From an uncultured Chromatiaceae bacterium (GTDB taxonomy: Bacteria > Pseudomonadota > Gammaproteobacteria > Enterobacterales > Alteromonadaceae), in contig CALJUX010000012.1 in the NCBI GenBank assembly GCA_937978655.1, positions 3,438 through 67,437 on the forward strand: DNA of 64,000 nt. Reading direction: 5' to 3'. The notes beneath the pieces were generated by a model. The model was not told the origin of the DNA and ran no database searches. It saw nothing but the letters and a program-made list of their open reading frames with translations. How positions within the stretch are numbered: position 1 is the first letter of the stretch; every line of letters begins with the position of its first letter. Below, one piece after another: positions 58,457-64,000 of this stretch. Both the position numbers and the translations under genes were made by a program.

Positions 58457-58573
58457 ATCGGGTAGGTATCGGGTAGGTATCGGCAAGCGTAGCCCGCTGG
58501 CCACCACGTGGCGTACATGAGCCTGCTGGGCGTCACACGATGGGCGTTACACGCTGGCCACCACGTGGCGTAC
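58457..58573. repeat. cluster of short tandem/direct repeats in intergenic region
   Basis: An 11-mer atcgggtaggt occurs 2.5 times (58457-58490). A 22-nt direct repeat cgctggccaccacgtggcgtac occurs at 58495-58516 and 58552-58573, with palindromic core CCACGTGG. 14-mer units tgggcgtcacacga / tgggcgttacacgc lie at 58527-58554. Confidence 0.8.
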
Positions 58574-58780
58574 GTTCAAAGCGCCGCCGTACATTAGCGC
58601 GCCAGTAAAATCTGGCAGCAATAATGGCTGAAATTAGCCAAAGATCGGCAAAATGTGGTGATTTGTAGTGAATTGTTACCTTGCCTGCAAGCGGCTGTCT
58701 CAAGCTGCTAGCATGCGCCGGTTTTGTATTGGTCTGCGCTGTTGTAGCCGCAAGACCTGATTTTACCGGATGAGGTGTTG

Positions 58781-60223
58781 ATGAAATTCTGCAGAATGCT
58801 GCCGCCGTTGTTGGTGAGCTTAGTGTTAGCTGGTTGTGGCAAGGATGGCGAGGCGCCATTACCCGTTGATTATCTGCAACCCGGCGCGCCCATTCAAAGC
58901 GGCAGCGCTGCCAGCCAGTTGGCCAGTGGTGTGGCACAAATCCGTGGCCTGGGTAGTCAATGTACAGGTTTCATTATTAATCATGGCGTTGCGAATGCGC
59001 CGGCCTACCTGATGACCAACGGCCATTGCGTCGAATTATTTGACTCCACCACAGTTCAGCACCAAATCCCGGCCGAAGGCGAAGCGCACTTTCAGCTGTT
59101 TAAAGACAATTTAGCTGCTGCCGTCCGCGTTAATATCAACGAAATCAGTTGGGCCAGCATGCGTGGCACTGATATCGCTATTCTGAAAACCGACCAGACG
59201 TTAGCGCAGCTAAAACAACAAGGTTTCGGCGCGTATACACTGGCGCCGCTGCCAAAACCCGGCACTGCGCTGACAATTGCCGGCGTGCCGGTCAAGGATA
59301 TACCGCAAGACGAATGGGCGCTGCGCCAGGTGCAATGTAAAGCCGGCCAGACCACAAGGCTGTTTGAGTTTGTCTGGATTTGGGACCGGGCGCAGACAGG
59401 GGATTGCGGCGGTATTCTGCCGGGCCACTCCGGCTCGCCGGTATTTGACCCGGCCGGCCAGGTGGTCGGTATCATCAATACCAGCACCATCGGCGCCGAA
59501 GCAGGCGGCAACTGTTACCTCGGCAAACCTTGCGAACTGCGTAAAACCGGCGTGGTTGCCGCGGCTAATACCAGTTATTGGTTGGCGGTCGACGGTGTGC
59601 GTGGCTGTTTCAACGCCGCCGGCGAATTTTCGCTGCAACAGGCCGCCTGTCAGTTAGAACAACCAGAGCCATTCGTGGCACGCAACGCCGCCCGCGTGCA
59701 AAAAGCCCCGGCCGGCTGGCAAGCCGAATTAGCCGGGCCACGCACCATCAGCCTGAAAACGGGCCCGCTACACAGCACCGATTGCCGCGACCCGGCCGGT
59801 TACCGCGGCAGTTATTATGCCGGCGAGCAATTTGAACAGGCGATCAGCAGCAAGCAGGATGGTCATTGGCTGCTCTGTGCCGCCGGTTATGGCGAAGATG
59901 GCAAGATCCAGACCCGCAACGCCGGTTTCACCACGCTGGAACTCGACAACACAGCGCCGGCGCGGCCGATGAAGCTGCACGTGGTGCGTTTTGACGACGC
60001 CTTGCAGTATCAGCCGTTGTTTTCCCCGCCGGAATTGTCGTCTTACCGCTGGAAAGTCGGCAAACCGGCAGAAACCGACTGCGCTGACCCTACGGGCTAC
60101 CGGATCTTCATCCGCATCCCTCGTTTCGCCGAACATAGCGAACTGCCGCTGAAAGTCTGTCTGATTGGCAGCGACGAAGCCGGCAACGAGACCAAACCAC
60201 AAAGCGAAATGCTGGAAAAATAA
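58781..60223 (+). CDS. trypsin-like (S1-family) serine peptidase lipoprotein with C-terminal extension
   Basis: Lipobox LVLAGC. His context LMTNGHCVE, Asp context GTDIAILK, Ser context GDCGGILPGHSGSPVFD. GAGGTG RBS precedes ATG 58781. Confidence 0.7.
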   Translation: MKFCRMLPPLLVSLVLAGCGKDGEAPLPVDYLQPGAPIQSGSAASQLASGVAQIRGLGSQCTGFIINHGVANAPAYLMTNGHCVELFDSTTVQHQIPAEGEAHFQLFKDNLAAAVRVNINEISWASMRGTDIAILKTDQTLAQLKQQGFGAYTLAPLPKPGTALTIAGVPVKDIPQDEWALRQVQCKAGQTTRLFEFVWIWDRAQTGDCGGILPGHSGSPVFDPAGQVVGIINTSTIGAEAGGNCYLGKPCELRKTGVVAAANTSYWLAVDGVRGCFNAAGEFSLQQAACQLEQPEPFVARNAARVQKAPAGWQAELAGPRTISLKTGPLHSTDCRDPAGYRGSYYAGEQFEQAISSKQDGHWLLCAAGYGEDGKIQTRNAGFTTLELDNTAPARPMKLHVVRFDDALQYQPLFSPPELSSYRWKVGKPAETDCADPTGYRIFIRIPRFAEHSELPLKVCLIGSDEAGNETKPQSEMLEK

Positions 60224-60447
60224 CCGGGCTTATGAGGCGGCGGGTGGATGACTTGCGCCGCGCTGCGGTATTCACACCGCGTGGTGCAACAGAACCTGGG
60301 GGGACAGAACTGAGCCGGATCAGTGCCGGCTTCGTTACGCTGTAACCTGTCCCCGGTTCAGCGAAAACGCAAAAATATAGTTTTGATCTCAACAGCAATC
60401 AGTTGCGTTTAGTCTGAGGATTTTTGTGCAACCTCAAGGAAACGACA

Positions 60448-60936
60448 ATGAAGCTCTCTGTACTGTTCAAATCTGCCGTGTTCTCTGCAACTTTGTTGGT
60501 CGCTGGTGCTGTTCATGCGGGTAGTGCCAAATCTGATATCGTCGACACTGCTGTTGCAGCCGGTAGTTTTAATACGCTGGTGACGGCAGTCAAAGCCGCC
60601 GAGCTGGTCGACACGTTAAAAGGCGCCGGCCCATTTACCGTATTCGCGCCAAATGATGCCGCTTTTGCCAAAGTACCGGCCGACACTTTAAAAGGCTTGT
60701 TGGCTGACAAAGCCGCGTTGGCCAAAGTGCTGACTTACCACGTGGTGCCGGGCAAAGTGATGGCAGCAGACGTAGTGAAACTGTCAACTGCCACCACAGT
60801 GCAAGGCCAGGCGCTGAAGATTGAAGTCAAAGACGGCAAAGTGTTCGTCGACGGCGCGCAGGTGATCAGCACCGACATCGAAACCAGCAACGGCGTGATC
60901 CACGTTATCGACAGCGTGGTACTGCCAAAAGGCTAA
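60448..60936 (+). CDS. fasciclin (FAS1) domain protein, secreted
   Basis: Signal peptide, then [33 protein letters not shown]...VLTYHVVPG...[13 protein letters not shown]. Confidence 0.85.
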   Translation: MKLSVLFKSAVFSATLLVAGAVHAGSAKSDIVDTAVAAGSFNTLVTAVKAAELVDTLKGAGPFTVFAPNDAAFAKVPADTLKGLLADKAALAKVLTYHVVPGKVMAADVVKLSTATTVQGQALKIEVKDGKVFVDGAQVISTDIETSNGVIHVIDSVVLPKG

Positions 60937-60964
60937 TCGCCAGTTTTCATCTCATTCCATCTAA

Positions 60965-61006
60965 AAAGCCCGCCGGGAGCCAAGCTCCCGGCGGGCTTTT
61001 TGTTTT
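60965..61006 (+). terminator. rho-independent terminator after fasciclin gene
   Basis: 16-bp stem aaagcccgccgggagc / gctcccggcgggcttt with loop caa, then tttgtttt. Confidence 0.85.
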
Positions 61007-61020
61007 GGCAAACAATGTGT

Positions 61021-61062
61021 TGGGCGTCACACGTTGGGCATCATACGTTGGGTATCCCACCC
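61021..61062. repeat. three decaying tandem 14-mers of the same family as at 58527-58554
   Basis: tgggcgtcacacgt / tgggcatcatacgt / tgggtatcccaccc. The 10-mer gggcgtcaca also occurs at 58528 and 62429. Confidence 0.75.
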
Positions 61063-61308
61063 GCCCGCGCCTTACTGAAAATCCTCGATGTCGATCCGGT
61101 TGGCGCTATGAAGGCGTTGCAACTGAAATAAACCCGCCCGGGTTTTATGCGACAGTGCCAAATGGCCATGCTGTTGATCATGCGCAATGATTCCGAATTT
61201 TTTACCAGAAATGCCGGGAAATAAGCAGTAAATGGCTGCTTTGTGCGCGAATTACAGTTATCGTTATTCAGGTTTACCTTATATGCACACACAAGGATTG
61301 GGTCCGTG

Positions 61309-62298
61309 ATGAACGCATGCTGCACTGGTTCAGCGAGTCCGGAAGATTGTGGCAAAGACTGTGCCGCAGATTGTGCTGCGCTGCAGGACAAGCACAACAG
61401 CTATCTGGCGATCAGCACCATTCTGAATAGTCTGGATGCCCTGGTGTATGTGTCGGACTTACAGACTTACGAACTAATCTATTTGAATGATTATGGCGCG
61501 AAGGCGTGGGGGCCAATCGCCGGCCGCAAGTGTTATCAGGTGCTGCAGGCCGGTCAGGATGCACCTTGTCAGTTCTGCACCAACCACTTGCTGACCGACG
61601 CCGCCGGAAAACCCGCCGGTGTGCATGTCTGGGAATTTCAAAACACTCTAAATGGCCGTTGGTATCAGTGCCGCGATCAGGCCATTGTCTGGGTCGATGG
61701 CCGGCTGGTGCGGATTGAAATTGCCACCGATATCACTGAACGCAAAGCCATGGAGCAGCAACTGGCTGCCGCCAAAGCGCTGGCAGAAAAACAGGCCAGT
61801 ACCGACGAATTGACCCAGCTCTACAACCGCCGGGCATTTTTTGCGTTAAGCCGCCACTTATTCCATCAGGCGCACCGAGCCGGTCAAACCCTGGCCGTGG
61901 TGATGTTCGACTTAGACCACTTCAAAAGAATCAACGACCAGGGGAATCACGCCGCCGGTGACGCCGTGCTGGTGAATATCTCCGCCTTAGCCAGCAAAAT
62001 CCTGCCCGGCTCGGCCGTGCTGGCCCGGCACGGTGGAGAAAAATGCGCAATTTTGCTACCCGACACCGACGAAGCCGCCGCCTCGCATCTCGTGGAGCGG
62101 CTACGCGCCGGCTTCGAGCACGGCACCGCCAACGACGACATCCAATGCACCGCCAGTTTCGGCATCACCTACCTGTCAGCTTTCCCAGCAGAATTTGACC
62201 CGGAAACCTTATTAGGCACCTTATTACATCAGGCCGACGTGGCGATGATGCAGGCAAAAGCTGAGGGGCGGAATCGGGTTTGTGTGTTTGGTGGGTGA
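61309..62298 (+). CDS. PAS-GGDEF protein with degenerate active-site motif (GGEKC)
   Basis: Start at MNACCTGSAS (AAGGA upstream). PAS region with CYQVL...CQFC. GGDEF domain (DELTQLYNRRAF, DLDHFKRINDQ, RHGGEKCAILLPD). Confidence 0.8.
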   Translation: MNACCTGSASPEDCGKDCAADCAALQDKHNSYLAISTILNSLDALVYVSDLQTYELIYLNDYGAKAWGPIAGRKCYQVLQAGQDAPCQFCTNHLLTDAAGKPAGVHVWEFQNTLNGRWYQCRDQAIVWVDGRLVRIEIATDITERKAMEQQLAAAKALAEKQASTDELTQLYNRRAFFALSRHLFHQAHRAGQTLAVVMFDLDHFKRINDQGNHAAGDAVLVNISALASKILPGSAVLARHGGEKCAILLPDTDEAAASHLVERLRAGFEHGTANDDIQCTASFGITYLSAFPAEFDPETLLGTLLHQADVAMMQAKAEGRNRVCVFGG

Positions 62299-62299
62299 G

Positions 62300-62740
62300 G
62301 GGCTATTTTCAGAGTTTTTGCTGATTCAATCCTTAAGTAACCCAGCTTCGGTAGCGCATTTTTCTTGCGGATGGCTCGGGATGACGTTGATGGATTGCAG
62401 CAAACGACACGGACGATTACACAAGACTGGGCGTCACATGCACGCCGTGAATACTACCGGGTCTCGCAGACCTGTAGGCTCGTCAGCCGCGTTCCGGGGT
62501 TTTGCATAGCAAAACCCGTTCAGTCGGCAGCAAGTCAGATCTCTGACTTGCTGAGATCCCGCCTTCACCCTGCGGCTGACAGTCTGCTTAAGCAATCGCC
62601 CGACTGTTTTGATGGGCAGTTGAAATGTCACTTTTGCCAGTTGCTGACATTGTAGTTTTCCCACTTGAAGAGCACGCATTTCGAATGCAGAGCGGAATTT
62701 CCTGACAAAACCCTCCTCATTCTGTGTGTTTTTTGAGCTT
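62300..62740 (-). pseudogene. degraded IS3-family-like transposase OrfA (HTH) remnant
   Basis: The minus-strand frame reads ..GFVRKFRSAFEMRALQVGKLQCQQLAKVTFQLPIKTVGRLLKQ.., matching the IS3/IS911 OrfA pattern (RxFSxEFK ... TxxRWxKQ). It has no proper start, stops in adjacent frames and no OrfB. Confidence 0.35.
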
Positions 62741-62947
62741 TATTTTCGAGAGCCTTCCATCTATTCCACGTGACTTCGCCTTATGGTTTCTTAAAAAATC
62801 GGGAGGTCATCATGGAGCGTAATGCCAACCCCACATTTCACAGTTTTTCACTGCCCAAGTGTGCTGATTCTTGAAGCCTCACTGATAACTGAATATTTAA
62901 TTGATTCGATCTAACACTGGATTATTTGAGTGAGTGGATAACACTGA

Positions 62948-62998
62948 TTGACAATGCGCATACCACCTATCAGAATGATAGGTATCAACTTGATAGGT
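62948..62998 (+). promoter_or_regulatory. putative promoter with triple TGATAGGT operator half-sites for the toxin-antitoxin operon
   Basis: TTGACA (62948-62953), 17 nt, CAGAAT (62971-62976). A perfect inverted repeat acctatca-gaa-tgataggt (62965-62983) overlaps the -10. A third tgataggt lies at 62991-62998, just before the ATG at 63004. Confidence 0.55.
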
Positions 62999-63003
62999 GA
63001 CTC

Positions 63004-63345
63004 ATGAGCAACACTGAACCTCAAGGAGTAGATGAGTTTCCTCTGACAGAAGGAACGGCCAGGCAGATCATCAACAATCTGGCTGAGCATCACACGGACA
63101 GGATCCGCTGGAGTAAACACGTCAAAGAACGGATGCAGGAACGAGATGTAACCACCGGTCAAATATTGACGCTGTTGAAAAGCAAACATTCTGTATTCCG
63201 CGAAGGACCGTATCAGGAAACGAATGGCGACTGGAAATTTAATCTCAAAGGAATGGCGGCGGGAACTGTGATAGAACTGGCTGTTGCGCTGAAAAATCAT
63301 CAGCACTCTCCAAGCTCTGTCCTTGTGACAGTTTGGATTAGTTAA
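63004..63345 (+). CDS. DUF4258-family toxin-like protein
   Basis: IRWSKHVKERMQERDVTTGQILTLLKS...VLVTVW fits the DUF4258 pattern (HaxeRMxeRxIt..ei..vl ... vvTvy). It lies upstream of an HTH protein in toxin-first order. Confidence 0.7.
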   Translation: MSNTEPQGVDEFPLTEGTARQIINNLAEHHTDRIRWSKHVKERMQERDVTTGQILTLLKSKHSVFREGPYQETNGDWKFNLKGMAAGTVIELAVALKNHQHSPSSVLVTVWIS

Positions 63346-63355
63346 GGAGATCTCT

Positions 63356-63802
63356 ATGTATCACTACACTGAAAGTGGCTTGCCGAATGTGTACTTGGTG
63401 AATGGCTTTACCGTAGAGACATTGGACGGTGAAGAATACACCAGCATTGACGACATGAACGGTCTGCACAAAACTATTGCTAATGCCATTATCGATAGTC
63501 CCAAACCGTTAACACATCAGGAATTTAGGTTTCTGCGCATTGAAATGAACATATCGCAAAAAACTTTGGGAACACGTTTCGGTGTCGCGGAACAAACAAT
63601 CGCCCGCTATGAGAAAGGCGAATCAAGTATTCCCAGAACTACAGATGCCGCTTTGCGTTCACTGTATATGGAAAGCCAGCAAAAGAATAACCCAGTGAGC
63701 TATTTTCTAGATTTACTCGCCGATACTGAAGCCAAAGCTGCAGCACAAAGTATTCAATTAAAACTGGAAGAAGTTGACGACCATTGGGCTGTCGCAGCTT
63801 AG
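63356..63802 (+). CDS. XRE-type helix-turn-helix antitoxin-like protein (MqsA/HigA-like without zinc finger)
   Basis: LTHQEFRFLRIEMNISQKTLGTRFGVAEQTIARYEKGESSIP HTH. AAGGAG RBS lies in the 10-nt gap after the toxin gene. Confidence 0.7.
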   Translation: MYHYTESGLPNVYLVNGFTVETLDGEEYTSIDDMNGLHKTIANAIIDSPKPLTHQEFRFLRIEMNISQKTLGTRFGVAEQTIARYEKGESSIPRTTDAALRSLYMESQQKNNPVSYFLDLLADTEAKAAAQSIQLKLEEVDDHWAVAA

Positions 63803-63820
63803 TCAAAATTAAGACCCAGC

Positions 63821-63846
63821 AAGCCGACATCATGTCGGCTTTTTTG
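63821..63846 (+). terminator. rho-independent terminator after TA operon
   Basis: aagccgaca-tca-tgtcggctt, followed by ttttt. Confidence 0.8.
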
Positions 63847-63904
63847 TCTGTATTCTGAAAGACGTTTAATCAATTTAATCGGATCGTACTGCATACTAAT
63901 TTAT

Positions 63905-64000
63905 ATGCAGCAGCGGTATTATGACCCAGTGATTGGGCGGTTATATTCGAATGATCCGGTTGATGCGGTTGAACACATGAATACAGAGAATGGTGCTCAT
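63905..64000 (+). CDS. orphan Rhs/YD-repeat core-end fragment (partial, runs off window)
   Basis: My translation reads MQQRYYDPVIGRLYSNDPVDAVEHMNTENGAH... RYYDPxxGR(F/L)xSxDP is the terminal YD/Rhs core motif. The frame is open from 63803, with no SD sequence before the ATG. Confidence 0.5.
   Translation, partial: MQQRYYDPVIGRLYSNDPVDAVEHMNTENGAH

Noticed and set aside
58457-58573. Short tandem repeats considered as a possible mini CRISPR array.
   Set aside because: The units are 11-22 nt, directly abutting or 35 nt apart, and degenerate. There are no unique spacers of regular length and no cas genes.
61005-61397. ORFs 61005-61190 (+) and 61041-61397 (-), and a small hairpin aaacccgcccgggttt (about 61127-61146) that could mark an sRNA.
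   Set aside because: The ORFs have no RBS and overlap the repeat array and the promoter region of the GGDEF gene. The hairpin is only 6 bp with a weak T-run. This is insufficient for an sRNA call.
62296-62450. tmRNA-like cues: GGGGCT right after the GGDEF stop, and GCAAACGAC resembling the start of an ANDENYALAA tag reading frame.
   Set aside because: There is no GGATTCGACGGG 5' region, no T-arm/CCA-type 3' end and no tag ending in LAA. The region is better explained as a degraded transposase remnant on the opposite strand.

Overview
This is a 64-kb chromosomal segment that looks gammaproteobacterial (family-level guess only, from gene content). It is densely coding, and hand-sampled 60-nt lines are about 50% GC. 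I saw no rRNA, tRNA or CRISPR array. Gene content in order:
- A partial ggt running off the left edge, which is absent from the ORF track.
- An M1 peptidase lipoprotein and a FIST sensor protein.
- A translationally coupled LPS ADP-heptose/core operon (glycosyltransferase, gmhA, hldE, GT9 heptosyltransferase, gmhB).
- An exported MsrA-redoxin-MsrB fusion and a TonB-dependent siderophore-type receptor.
- A WaaA-KdkA fusion ORF, a secreted S8 protease and a YhiN-like flavoprotein.
- A short-Q-loop cytochrome bd (CIO-like) operon with flanking mini-ORFs and a perfect FNR/ANR-type box.
- A multi-TM histidine kinase plus sigma-54 activator (PrsK/PrsR-like), followed by an orphan receiver/helical-repeat protein.
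- Two PEP-CTERM-like cargo genes, each with a near-consensus sigma-54 promoter.
- A 7TMR-DISM/PAS/GGDEF/EAL protein, a monohaem cytochrome c and recQ.
- An 11-gene co-directional galactoside utilisation locus (TonB receptor, GH2, galETKM, SGLT, second hydrolase, GPH transporter, LacI regulator).
- A trypsin-like lipoprotein, a fasciclin protein and a degenerate PAS-GGDEF protein.
- At the right edge, a lower-GC accessory patch with a transposase remnant, a DUF4258/HTH toxin-antitoxin pair and an orphan Rhs/YD fragment.

The feature least explained by annotation is a 614-bp imperfect palindrome at 38.73-39.34 kb. It consists of two diverged, oppositely oriented copies of a structured module whose differences are compensatory within hairpins. 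All functional calls come from motif recognition by eye. No database search was possible.
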